Shown here piece by piece: positions 18,494-27,673 of a DNA stretch of 64,000 nucleotides. The notes under the pieces were generated by a model that worked only from the letters and a program-made list of their open reading frames with translations, searched no databases and was not told the origin of the DNA. The stretch comes from Theionarchaea archaeon. Lineage in GTDB: Archaea; Methanobacteriota_B; Thermococci; Methanofastidiosales; SZ-28-30. The stretch is taken from positions 286,578 to 350,577 of the forward strand of contig JACVGT010000018.1 in the NCBI GenBank assembly GCA_018992685.1, in the 5' to 3' direction. The translations under genes were made by a program, and so were the position numbers. Numbering within the stretch: position 1 is the first letter of the stretch; every line of letters starts with the position of its first letter.

Positions 18494-20129
18494 GGAATTC
18501 ATGAACTCTCAAAGCCATGTTCCTGTTTCTCAGGACAGCCTGCAGTTCCTCCACCGAAGATGTTCTCATGTTCTCCACAGAGCCGAAGTGCTTCATCAAC
18601 ATTTTCTTTCTCTTTTCTCCAATTCCTTTGATATCATCCAGGATGGATCTTTTCATCTTCTTTCGCCGTAGCGTCTTGTGATAGGTGATGGCAAATCGAT
18701 GCGCTTCATCTCGCACCTTTATCAGCAGTTTCTTGGACACCTGTGACACTTTCCCCTGGGGAGTGAATACCTCCTCTTCCTTCTTGGCCAGAGCCACCAC
18801 AGGAATGTCCAGTCCCAGGTCTCTCAGGGTCCTCAACGCGACACTCAGATGCCCCTTCCCTCCATCTATCAACAGTAAGTCCGGCAGAACTGTGGTATCC
18901 TTGAACCGTCTCTGCAGCACTTCCTCAATCATGGCATAATCATCAATCCCTGGAACCTGGATTTTGTAATGCCGGTAGTCCTTCTTTGACGGGTTCCCAT
19001 TCAAAAAGCATACCTGAGACGCTGTGGCCTCCTGTCCCATAATGTTGGAAACATCATACCCCTCAATTCGCTCAGGAACCTTACTCAGTCCCAGTTCGTC
19101 CCGCAGAAGTTCAAGTTCGCCATACACGTACTTCAGATGGATTTCAGCATCCTTTTCCACCATTCGTAATAGCCTCTTTCTTTTCCCCCTCTTGGGTGTA
19201 AGAATCCTCACTCTTTTACCTCTCTTCCTTTCAAGAAAGTCCACGAAAGCCGGGTCCAGTCCTGTCTGCAGCACGATCTCGTCGGGGACGAGCCTGCTGG
19301 CATAAAACTCACTCAGGAACTCTTCAATGTCTGATTCCAGAACATACTGGTGCTTACCAATAATTCTCCCTTTTCTCATAACCATGACAGTGAAACATTT
19401 CGTCTTTTCACCTCTGACTGCAATGACATCAATGTCTCCCAGAAAAGGATGGTTGATGTACTGGGTCAGCCGGGATTTCTCCAGAGCAGAAATTCTGTCT
19501 CTGATCAGGGCGGCCTTCTCAAAGTCCAATTCCTGGGAAGCATGTTGCATCTCTATTTCCAGTTCTGCTGTCAAATCGTCGATTCGCCCTTCTAAGAACA
19601 TGATCAACCGCTTGACGTTCTGAGCATATTCCTCACGAGTGATTTTGTTTGTGCAGGGGGCAGGACACAGCCCAAGGTGATATTCAAGACATTCTCTCTT
19701 CTTGTGGGTCTTGCACGTTTTTAATGGAAAGAGCCTTCTCATGAACTTCATGGTCTTCCGCAAGGCCTTGGCACTCTGAAACGGCCCAAACACTTTCCCA
19801 TCGGTGACATCCCTGGTCACCATGACGCGGGGGAATTCTTCATTGGTGACCTTCAGGTAGGGATACATAGTGTCATCTTTTAGTCTAATGTTAAACCGCG
19901 GTTTATACTCCTTTATGAGGTTGGCTTCCAGAAGCAGGGCATCTACCTCGTTTTCGCAGACTATGAACTCAGTGGCTGTGGTGTGGGCGACGATGTCTTG
20001 TGTTCTGGTGTCCGGGTTCTTCTGGGAGTACATGGTGAGTCTGTTCTTCAATGATTTGGCCTTCCCGATATAGATGACTGTGTCCTTCTCTTTCATCAGG
20101 TACACGCCCGGCCTGTCTGGATAATCCAT
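18471..20129 (-). CDS. uvrC: Excinuclease ABC subunit C
   Basis: PGVYLMK..IYIGKAKSL GIY-YIG domain, UVR domain, IEGYDVSN, DGGKG, RDEAHRFA and C-terminal HhH. Confidence 0.97.
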   Translation of the reverse strand: MDYPDRPGVYLMKEKDTVIYIGKAKSLKNRLTMYSQKNPDTRTQDIVAHTTATEFIVCENEVDALLLEANLIKEYKPRFNIRLKDDTMYPYLKVTNEEFPRVMVTRDVTDGKVFGPFQSAKALRKTMKFMRRLFPLKTCKTHKKRECLEYHLGLCPAPCTNKITREEYAQNVKRLIMFLEGRIDDLTAELEIEMQHASQELDFEKAALIRDRISALEKSRLTQYINHPFLGDIDVIAVRGEKTKCFTVMVMRKGRIIGKHQYVLESDIEEFLSEFYASRLVPDEIVLQTGLDPAFVDFLERKRGKRVRILTPKRGKRKRLLRMVEKDAEIHLKYVYGELELLRDELGLSKVPERIEGYDVSNIMGQEATASQVCFLNGNPSKKDYRHYKIQVPGIDDYAMIEEVLQRRFKDTTVLPDLLLIDGGKGHLSVALRTLRDLGLDIPVVALAKKEEEVFTPQGKVSQVSKKLLIKVRDEAHRFAITYHKTLRRKKMKRSILDDIKGIGEKRKKMLMKHFGSVENMRTSSVEELQAVLRNRNMALRVHEFLKDTSGS

Positions 20130-20202
20130 GTGATATGCTTTGCTTTGCACCAGATAAATACTCGGTTGTCAGCGCATGAACCCTGAGAAATTCAAACGGC
20201 AG

Positions 20203-20979
20203 CTACAGTTCTTTCTGCTGACAGCATTCAACAAGTGTTTCAGCTGCCTGCATAGGATTGTCTGTCCTGAATTCTGACGAAAAGAGTCGGAACAAAAGCT
20301 GTACATACCTTTCCATTTCTGTGAGTTGCTCTTGCTCAGATATATCCTGATTGAGCTGAGGGATCTGAAAATCTGTCTTTAAAGAATGGGAGACAATCCA
20401 GGAGGCTGCAACAAAAATGAAGGCGTGCTGGATGAGGAACCTGCTCTGGGAAGACAGTCTCTGTATGGTGAAAACGATGCTTAGATATCGCCATATGGAT
20501 TGAGGATTGTCACTCTCCGTGGTGCGGTGCAGTATTTCATGGGTGAGGAGTTCCAGCACCTTCTGATCAGATTGGTGCCCAAGTGGAATGCTGAGTGGAG
20601 TGCTTCTGGGCCATGGACGAAAGAAGGACATCACAGGAAACACGTCCAGAATCCCATCATAGAAGATCCACAACTCTTCCATCAAGGAAATGATTCTCTT
20701 CTGGTTGGAATCCCACACTCGTTCAAGGTGTTGTTTGAATTCACGCAACTCTTCACTGAAGGCAGGCCACTCTGCAGAAAAAGAGTCCCGAAAAGAGGTT
20801 ACTTCCCGTCGGATGGGAAGGGAAATGCTGGAGAGCACAGCATCCAGGGATGTGCTGGAGACGAAAAGGCTTTCTACCTCTCTTGACCACAGATGGGATT
20901 TCTCTGATGAGAGCTGGTTTCTGGCATATCCCAGAAAATTGAGTGGTTCTGATACGTGAAAGATCAGTCGTAGTGTCAT
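20203..20979 (-). CDS. Hypothetical protein with HExxH motif (possible zinc peptidase)
   Basis: LLTHEILH. Start moved to ATG 20979 to avoid overlapping the methyltransferase; co-oriented with the RiPP operon. Confidence 0.55.
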   Translation of the reverse strand: MTLRLIFHVSEPLNFLGYARNQLSSEKSHLWSREVESLFVSSTSLDAVLSSISLPIRREVTSFRDSFSAEWPAFSEELREFKQHLERVWDSNQKRIISLMEELWIFYDGILDVFPVMSFFRPWPRSTPLSIPLGHQSDQKVLELLTHEILHRTTESDNPQSIWRYLSIVFTIQRLSSQSRFLIQHAFIFVAASWIVSHSLKTDFQIPQLNQDISEQEQLTEMERYVQLLFRLFSSEFRTDNPMQAAETLVECCQQKEL

Positions 20980-21034
20980 GGTATCATCACATTGGAGGTA
21001 CGAACTGAACCCTCGTCTTTGTTGTTGGGCCAGT

Positions 21035-21829
21035 CTATCGTTTTCGAGCAATGGCCTGTAGATGGTTTCCAACTGGACCGAACCCTTCTTCATTCAGGGT
21101 GATCTCGTAGGTCAGGATCTTTCTCCTGAATTCTGCATCGGTTTCAAGTCTCTCTCCCAAGTCTTCAAAATACGCTGCCCCGAGCGTGAGAAACACAGGT
21201 TTTCCCACCACTTTTACGAGATCCGCACCTGCTCTGTCAAATTCCTCCTTGAAAACTCGTGGAGTAAAGGTATACGTGCGCGTACCCCTCTTATCCACTG
21301 CAACTCCTTTGTCCAGAATGGTTTCTCCTTCACCAAAGCCATGGAGAACAGATTGTCTCATGAAAAACATATATCTATTGTCTACCCCAATTTCAATGTA
21401 GGAACCGGGCCTGGCCACTCTCACCAGCTCTTTTATTGCCTGGAAGTGATTTTCTGCACAGTAGGAGACAGGGTCACCCTCTGACAACACGAAGTCAAAG
21501 TGGTCTGAAGGGAAGTCCAGAGCCGTGATGTCCCCTTCTGTTACAAAGATGCGGTCAGTCAGTCCTTCCTTCTCGATTTTTTCAGAGGCTTCTGAAAGCA
21601 TTTCCGGAGAAACGTCCACCAGGTACACAGTATATCCTTCCCTGGCAAGCTGTATACTCCATTTGCCCGTTCCTCCTCCTGCATCAAGAATAACACCCTG
21701 TTCGGGAAGATAGTCCGTGATGTACTTCCAGGTAAGGGCATCATAGATCCCCCAGGATCCTCCAGAAAACATCTTGTCATATGACTCGGCCAGTCGACTG
21801 TAGGTTTCTCTTGCATTCTCTCCTTTCAT
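21035..21829 (-). CDS. Class I SAM-dependent methyltransferase
   Basis: ILDAGGGTG motif I, VDVSPEML, GDITALDF. Confidence 0.93.
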   Translation of the reverse strand: MKGENARETYSRLAESYDKMFSGGSWGIYDALTWKYITDYLPEQGVILDAGGGTGKWSIQLAREGYTVYLVDVSPEMLSEASEKIEKEGLTDRIFVTEGDITALDFPSDHFDFVLSEGDPVSYCAENHFQAIKELVRVARPGSYIEIGVDNRYMFFMRQSVLHGFGEGETILDKGVAVDKRGTRTYTFTPRVFKEEFDRAGADLVKVVGKPVFLTLGAAYFEDLGERLETDAEFRRKILTYEITLNEEGFGPVGNHLQAIARKR

Positions 21830-21833
21830 GCCA

Positions 21834-22088
21834 TCACTCCAAGAGCTTTAACTCCCTGAATCTGGACAACGTTTTCTCGACGTCCTCCTCCACAGTACTT
21901 CTGTCACTCTCCTCATCTGTGAGCATGTCCAGAAGGTCTCCTTCTGTCATCCCTTGCTGACAGGCTTCCATGATGGCAAGAGCTGTCTCATTAAATCTGT
22001 AGATTTTACCTGTTCCCATGTGAATGATGTATGTCTCATCAGGTTCCTGCCTGATCAACACCTGGGAACTAACCTTGGGCAGACTCAT
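21834..22088 (-). CDS. PqqD family RiPP recognition element (RRE)
   Basis: 84 aa; GKIYRFNETALAIMEAC...VEEDVEKTLSRFRELKLLE PqqD pattern; RBS GGAGG. Confidence 0.88.
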   Translation of the reverse strand: MSLPKVSSQVLIRQEPDETYIIHMGTGKIYRFNETALAIMEACQQGMTEGDLLDMLTDEESDRSTVEEDVEKTLSRFRELKLLE

Positions 22089-23379
22089 GGGCATTCCTCC
22101 TTTCATACATATACTCTAAATAGGGCGTCACAAGTTGCTTTATGTCAATACATGCCGGAGTAGAGAGATCCTCATTGACCAGCAGTGATTGATATCCGCA
22201 ACCGCCTCCGCAGACCAGTGCCAGTTCACATTCCCTGCAGGTATCCATAGAGAAGATTGTCCTGTCTCTCCATTTCTGCATGTTCCCATTGAATGACAAT
22301 TCCGGCGTATACACTCCAATACGATGTTCTTTCCAGCCCAGCATGGCTCGACAGGGGTACACATCTCCAAACGGGTCGAATACGTACCGGTTGGTTACTG
22401 CAGCGCAATTCCAGAAGGATGGCCAAAACCGGGGGCGCTCAGTGTACAGAGACGCCAGTTTCACATAAGGTGACGCCTCGAAAAACTGGAGGTCTTCCTG
22501 CAGTGCCACATCCAAGACCTGCCTGTAAATCGAAAACAGCTTCTCAGAATTCTCAATATCCGGAATCTGATCACACAAGTGGATCATGGCAAAGTGGACG
22601 GTGGGGTCATCAATCCACCCCCTCTCTCTGTAAAAGAGGGCAAGCTCGTGTATCTGTGATAGAACCTCTGGATCGCTGTTGGTTCGAAGTAGTAATGTGA
22701 TCCCCATATCCCTGGCTTTCTCTATGTTCCTGACAATAATGTCGAAAGTCCCCTTTCCACTTCTTGAAATGCGTCGCCCATCATGAACAGATCGAGGGCC
22801 ATCCAGCGTGATCTGAACAAATTCTATGTTCAATGACGAAATCTCGGGGAGAAAAGAATGTAACTCCACACCATTGGTGAAAAGTGTGAACTTATACCCC
22901 AGATCATCCCCTTTGCGTAATATGTATTTTACAATATCAGCATTCTTCATCATCAGGGGCTCTCCCCCTGTCAGGGTCAGAGGTTTCTCCCGTGAACATT
23001 GTGCATTCAGCTCTTCCATGGCGGTAAATGCCTTGTCCACTGTGGATTCATCTATCACCGTGTTCATCATCTGAGGGCTCTTTACCCATACTTCATAGCA
23101 GTAGGGGCACCGTAGATTACAGTCATATGTTACCGCAATCGTGCTGTCTGCACACAGGGCTGTCTTCTTCATCAAGAAACTGCAAAAAGCCTGGGCTTTC
23201 TCTGCCTCCTCTTCCGGACGTAAATTCGTAAAAAAGGGTTTCAACTCCTCAGTGACTGTACCTTCAAGTAATTGTTCTCCAGTTTTCTTATCCACAAAAA
23301 AGACTGCACCTGACAATCCATTGAGCAGTACGTACTTGTCCTTCACTGCAAATACCATGGTATACTGGCTCTTTCTGAT
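22069..23379 (-). CDS. Radical SAM/SPASM peptide maturase 1
   Basis: CNLRCPYC, GGEPL and SPASM C..VFDPFGDVYPC...CRECELALVCGGGC...C. Start is ATG 23358 or an in-frame ATC at 23379 after RBS GGAGGTGA. Confidence 0.93.
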   Translation of the reverse strand: MRKSQYTMVFAVKDKYVLLNGLSGAVFFVDKKTGEQLLEGTVTEELKPFFTNLRPEEEAEKAQAFCSFLMKKTALCADSTIAVTYDCNLRCPYCYEVWVKSPQMMNTVIDESTVDKAFTAMEELNAQCSREKPLTLTGGEPLMMKNADIVKYILRKGDDLGYKFTLFTNGVELHSFLPEISSLNIEFVQITLDGPRSVHDGRRISRSGKGTFDIIVRNIEKARDMGITLLLRTNSDPEVLSQIHELALFYRERGWIDDPTVHFAMIHLCDQIPDIENSEKLFSIYRQVLDVALQEDLQFFEASPYVKLASLYTERPRFWPSFWNCAAVTNRYVFDPFGDVYPCRAMLGWKEHRIGVYTPELSFNGNMQKWRDRTIFSMDTCRECELALVCGGGCGYQSLLVNEDLSTPACIDIKQLVTPYLEYMYERRNAHESAQG

Positions 23380-23576
23380 GGACTCACCTCCTTTCTGTTC
23401 TGGCAGCCCGTCTTAAAAAGGTTTTCTCAATCCCTCAATTCCTGTCGCGTCCTCCATGACTGCGACTGCCACAGAGACTGCTTCCACCACGAGTCCACGT
23501 TTAATAGTCCAAAAATCTCTTCAAAAAAAGTAAAAAGAATAGGAAATGTTTGCGCCTTTGTAGTGCTGTATCACGC

Positions 23577-23654
23577 CTAATCTGCGATGAAAGCGCAGCA
23601 CATGCACTGGTCGATCTCTACAGAAATCTCTTCAATCTTAGCGTTCGTGTACAT
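23577..23654 (-). CDS. RiPP precursor peptide A1, 25 aa: MYTNAKIEEISVEIDQCMCCAFIAD
   Basis: Manual translation; RBS AGGTGA, own BRE/TATA (GAAAAGTTTATAAG, 23687-23700) and downstream T-tract; paralog at 23961-24059. Confidence 0.88.
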   Translation of the reverse strand: MYTNAKIEEISVEIDQCMCCAFIAD

Positions 23655-23898
23655 GGATATCACCTGCTCTCCCTATTTTTTCTTTTCTTATAAACTTTTC
23701 GGATAAGAATAGATAGGCTAAAGGACGCATAAGACACTTTGAATTTTCCAAGAGATATATAATCCAGGCCCAGAATAGCCTAAAAGGCAGTACAATATCC
23801 TGATAGCGTAACTGTCTGGCTTTGCCCCACTTGAACATCACGTCCGTTGACTTTCATCAGCTTGCCCTGACAGTACCGATCATTGAACTTGGAACCAC

Positions 23899-23950
23899 AA
23901 AAAAGAAAGAAGGAAAGAGAAAGAAAGAGAAAGAAAAAAAGTGAAGAAAA
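23899..23950 (-). terminator. Oligo-T terminator of precursor A2
   Basis: Long T/C tract on the minus strand immediately after the TAA at 23961. Confidence 0.6.
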
Positions 23951-23960
23951 TCGGAAAAGC

Positions 23961-24059
23961 TTATGCAACGACTCCGATGTTGTCTATGGGGGCAGCAGCG
24001 CAGCACATGCACTGGTCGATCTCCATAGAAATCTCTTTGATTTCAGCTTTTGTGTACAT
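23961..24059 (-). CDS. RiPP precursor peptide A2, 32 aa: MYTKAEIKEISMEIDQCMCCAAAPIDNIGVVA
   Basis: Manual translation; identical AGGTGATATCCATGTACAC start context to A1, own BRE/TATA (GAAAGATTTATAAG, 24092-24105). Confidence 0.88.
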   Translation of the reverse strand: MYTKAEIKEISMEIDQCMCCAAAPIDNIGVVA

Positions 24060-24266
24060 GGATATCACCTACTCCCTTTTCCCCCTTGAGACTTATAAAT
24101 CTTTCGCTTAAGTTTAACGAAGGCGAGTGGTGTAGCAGTAGATGGTAATATGAATACGGATATTTCATTTGAGGTTATACCACGCTGATTCCCAGACACA
24201 TTCTCCTTTTCAATCTGGACAAGGCTTCTAGTGGCGTAAAAACTCTTGAAAGGGTTGCCAGAAAAG

Positions 24267-25508
24267 TTATTCTCCGATCTTCATGCCCTCTTTTATCAAG
24301 AGCATGGCTGCCAATACTGCTGCAACAAGGCACACTGACGTGATCTGGAAAGTCATCCTTATGTTGAATAACTCTGCAGCATACCCATAAATCAAAGGAG
24401 CCACGATGCTGGCCACCCCTCGCACTGATCCCAGTGTCCCGAAATATGTGCCGCGCAGTTCTGCTGGAACGATATCCACAATCAAAGCGCTCATGACCGG
24501 GCGAAACATCCCATCACCAACTCCAATCAAGGCCCACAGGACTATCATCCAAATCAGTGTGGGAGAATACGCCATGGCCGTGTTGAAGACAATGATGAGC
24601 GTCAATCCTAGACCGATGAAAGCTTTTCTTTTCCCCAGCTTGTCTGAAATCCATCCTCCAAAAGGCTGGACGACGGCAAAGGTAATCCAGGAAACGGCAA
24701 CGATGGGCCCCAGCAGTTCATTTCCCGCCCCAAACACCTGGGTCGCAAACAGGGGAACATACACAGGGTAGACACGCAGGGCAAACGTAAAGAAGAATGA
24801 GTAAACCATCAATCCTAGGGTGCTTTTCTGTAATGCCATGGTACGGGCGCTCTTTATGAATCTTTGAAATCTGGTTGCAGATGAGGCAGGCAGTGGTTTT
24901 TCCTCTTTTCGTTCAACAGTTTCCTTGAGGAAGAATGCAAGCACCAAAGAGGAGACAAAGAAGCACGCAGATGTAATGTAGAACAGCTCTCTGAACCCAA
25001 ATCCCCACGATATGATCGCGCCTCCTCCAAAGAGAGCTGCAGAATACACAATGCTCTCTACTGAGGAATAGAACCCAAACAGGGTTGCTCGCCCCTTTTC
25101 AGGAGCAACATCTCCCAGCATAGCACTGAGAACAGGCTGAGAGCTTTCAGAAACAACCGTACGAGCAGAATGAATGACTGCCAGTCCCAGAGCATTACGA
25201 ATGGCAAGATAAAACGGGGTCAGAAAACTCACCAGGAAAGACAGGCCTACAATGAGCTTTTTCCTTCCATATCGGTCTGACGTATGTCCCATGAAGGGGC
25301 GCAATACCAGCGAACCCAGGCTGGCCAGCGAGAAAATGATTCCCAAGTTTCGGAAGCTGATACCTTGCTCCACAAAATAGACTGCGAATATTGGATTCAA
25401 GAACCCTGCGCCAACCATGGAAACTCCGCCCGCCAGGAGAAGGGCCGGGATATTCGTTGATTGGGAGAGCAATTTCCAGACTTTCTTGATTTCCAGGAAT
25501 GCTGACAT
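24267..25508 (-). CDS. MFS transporter (putative exporter)
   Basis: About 12 TM; motif A GHTSDRYGRK and GWISDKLGKRK. Confidence 0.93.
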   Translation of the reverse strand: MSAFLEIKKVWKLLSQSTNIPALLLAGGVSMVGAGFLNPIFAVYFVEQGISFRNLGIIFSLASLGSLVLRPFMGHTSDRYGRKKLIVGLSFLVSFLTPFYLAIRNALGLAVIHSARTVVSESSQPVLSAMLGDVAPEKGRATLFGFYSSVESIVYSAALFGGGAIISWGFGFRELFYITSACFFVSSLVLAFFLKETVERKEEKPLPASSATRFQRFIKSARTMALQKSTLGLMVYSFFFTFALRVYPVYVPLFATQVFGAGNELLGPIVAVSWITFAVVQPFGGWISDKLGKRKAFIGLGLTLIIVFNTAMAYSPTLIWMIVLWALIGVGDGMFRPVMSALIVDIVPAELRGTYFGTLGSVRGVASIVAPLIYGYAAELFNIRMTFQITSVCLVAAVLAAMLLIKEGMKIGE

Positions 25509-25797
25509 GTGAGTTCCTCCTTCGATGTCCCTTCTCTATGAGGATTTCTTTATAAGGTTTGCCCCCTACTTTTCATTCATTCTGACTTCTCTCAGAATAC
25601 CTGCACTTTCAGAAGGACTTTAATGAAATGAGAGCGTGGTCTGAGTTCATCGTGGTAGCGCGTGATGACACGTTCTCTGGTCATGGTGTCATCAATCCGA
25701 ACCTGGAAGTATGACCCACCCTGTTCTGATGTCTGGAATAAAGAATCTGAAAAAGAATGAAAAACTCATATCAAATAGATGCGAATAAGTGAGGGTC

Positions 25798-26835
25798 TTA
25801 CCATGATGAAAGAGGATCCGGGTCACCAGTTCTGCCTGATGCTGCATATGCATCTGCTCTGCATCCTCCGGTGCACAGTGAAAGATAGCCACAGTCACAG
25901 CATTGCTGGGGGACATGTGAGAATGTCCTGCATTTCCAGATGAAATCTGATGTGCTCCAAATGGTTCTCAGTGACACTTTTTTTAGGTCACCTTCTTCTT
26001 TGCCCATGGCCCCACATGTACGCACCGTTCCCTGGGGGGAGACTGCACACCATGTTATCCCTCCCTGGCAGCCTACTACATCAAATTTCTGGTAGATTTC
26101 GAGCATGGAAGGAATCCCCTCATCTCCAAGACAACACAGGGGGAAAGGAGACTGTATGGACGCTCTTTTCACATCGCAGTGAAGGAGGAAGTCCATCAAC
26201 TCAGAAATATTCTGGCTGTTAAACTGCAGTGTTCGGTCAGCACATCTGCCCGTGAGAACCAGGCGAGTCATGCTGAGACTTGCTTTCAGTGATTGTGCGA
26301 CTTCATCAACATGAGACAACTCCTTGAAATTCAGGCGGGTTAGTGCCAGGTTAATATTGGTGGGAACTCTGTGCTCTGCCAGCTCCTGGAGTCCCTTCAC
26401 AGCTTTCCGGTAGGCTCCTGGAACACCTGCGAGAACATCATGTGTTTTCTCAGTCCCGTGGAGCGAAACCTGCACTGAGGTATTCAGATGATGCAGCATC
26501 TGTGCTTTCTCTTCGGTCAGAAGGGTCCCATTGGTGACTACACACGTCTTCATCTTGCAGGTTCGTGCATATTCTATGAGCTCGAATATATCTTTCCGCA
26601 ACAGGGGCTCTCCCCCGGTGAAAAAAAGCATCTTGACATCAGCTTCTCTCAGGCGGTCCAGAATTACCGTCATGTTAGTATCATGGTGGCTCTTGTGGTT
26701 CTTATCCCACACATTATAGCAGAACTGACACAAATTATTGCATCGGGACGTCACTTCCAGTTCCACCGTTATGGGGGAGGAAAGAGCCCTACCCAGCTCA
26801 TGAGACCCCTTTCTGAACTCATCGGGAGACTTCAT
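25798..26835 (-). CDS. Radical SAM/SPASM protein 2 (PqqE/MftC-like)
   Basis: CNNLCQFC, TGGEPLL, CQGG...SPQGTVRTC...CCDCGYLSLCTGGC. Start placed at ATG 26835 after GGAGG (the ORF-track 27150 extension overlaps the upstream gene). Confidence 0.9.
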   Translation of the reverse strand: MKSPDEFRKGSHELGRALSSPITVELEVTSRCNNLCQFCYNVWDKNHKSHHDTNMTVILDRLREADVKMLFFTGGEPLLRKDIFELIEYARTCKMKTCVVTNGTLLTEEKAQMLHHLNTSVQVSLHGTEKTHDVLAGVPGAYRKAVKGLQELAEHRVPTNINLALTRLNFKELSHVDEVAQSLKASLSMTRLVLTGRCADRTLQFNSQNISELMDFLLHCDVKRASIQSPFPLCCLGDEGIPSMLEIYQKFDVVGCQGGITWCAVSPQGTVRTCGAMGKEEGDLKKVSLRTIWSTSDFIWKCRTFSHVPQQCCDCGYLSLCTGGCRADAYAASGRTGDPDPLSSW

Positions 26836-27673
26836 GCAGAACCTCCTGATACTGTGATGCGTCAGCACGTGCTCTGTCAGCATTTGTATACCGATGCTTG
26901 AACAGTACGCGGTTGTTTCGAATGAAATATAAGGACATGTAACCAGAGAGGGGCTGCTCTTTGATACATGGCGTGCCGCCGATTTCTGAGATATCCGGGG
27001 AGGTTTTTTGAGATTTCGAGGATTCGTGTTCATCAGTGGGCACCAGGACAAATACGTCACCTGCATCAGGAATGTAATCAAGAAGATGACACAGATCACG
27101 TTGTGCCCGCACGTGGGTGAGATTTTCAATCTGAGAGCTGTGGCTTTCAAATGTGTGAGGAAGTGTTGTCTTCAAAGCAGAAAACATACTTGTGACGTAA
27201 TGCAGATGGACTGCTTCGGTCCTGTACTTGTGCAGGCTGAAAGGAATCAAGAACGTCGGTACCTGGATGGAATTCTCTTGAGAAAAGACTTCGAGGGCAT
27301 GTATCTTGGCTTGCACAGCCTCAACCCTCCCATGGGAAATCCACCCGTCAGGAGAAAACATGCACCCTGTAGAGAATACGTTCTTGGGCAGCTCTTCCCC
27401 CGTTACTGCACTGGATAGGAGTAAGAATAGAGGGACTGAGGTACTCCATCCATCTACAGCGTCGCTATCCACTGAGACCAAGAAATCGTAATCATTACAG
27501 TCAAAAACCTTCCCAATCAATTGAGAAACTGCGCGCAGTTGGAATTGCCATTCCGGATAGAAAATGGTGGACGCATCCAGGAAGATCTTCCCATCACCTG
27601 TCATTCTCTGCACAGAGAGAGTCCGAGGAATTCCTCTATTCTCAGCTAGTACAAAAATGACTGTAGAGGTCAT
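26819..27673 (-). CDS. Lon-protease (S16)-like Ser-Lys catalytic domain protein without AAA+ module
   Basis: VDGWSTS...FSTGCMFSPDGWISH...VQAKIHA resembles Lon_C DGPSA...TG...G.V..K; ATGA overlap with the upstream gene. Confidence 0.6.
   Translation of the reverse strand: MTSTVIFVLAENRGIPRTLSVQRMTGDGKIFLDASTIFYPEWQFQLRAVSQLIGKVFDCNDYDFLVSVDSDAVDGWSTSVPLFLLLSSAVTGEELPKNVFSTGCMFSPDGWISHGRVEAVQAKIHALEVFSQENSIQVPTFLIPFSLHKYRTEAVHLHYVTSMFSALKTTLPHTFESHSSQIENLTHVRAQRDLCHLLDYIPDAGDVFVLVPTDEHESSKSQKTSPDISEIGGTPCIKEQPLSGYMSLYFIRNNRVLFKHRYTNADRARADASQYQEVLHEVSR

Noticed and set aside
23413-23490. Possible third precursor ORF (VVEAVSVAVAVMEDATG...) upstream of rSAM1
   Set aside because: No RBS or promoter, no Cys, no similarity to A1/A2, and it overlaps the rSAM1 promoter.
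23638-24089. ORF-track ORFs 23638-23841, 23780-23968 and 23883-24089
   Set aside because: Low-complexity products derived from terminator tracts or antisense to the precursor genes; no RBS.
26836-27150. 105-aa N-terminal extension of rSAM2 in the ORF track
   Set aside because: It overlaps the Lon-like gene; the RBS and ATG at 26835 give a normal start.
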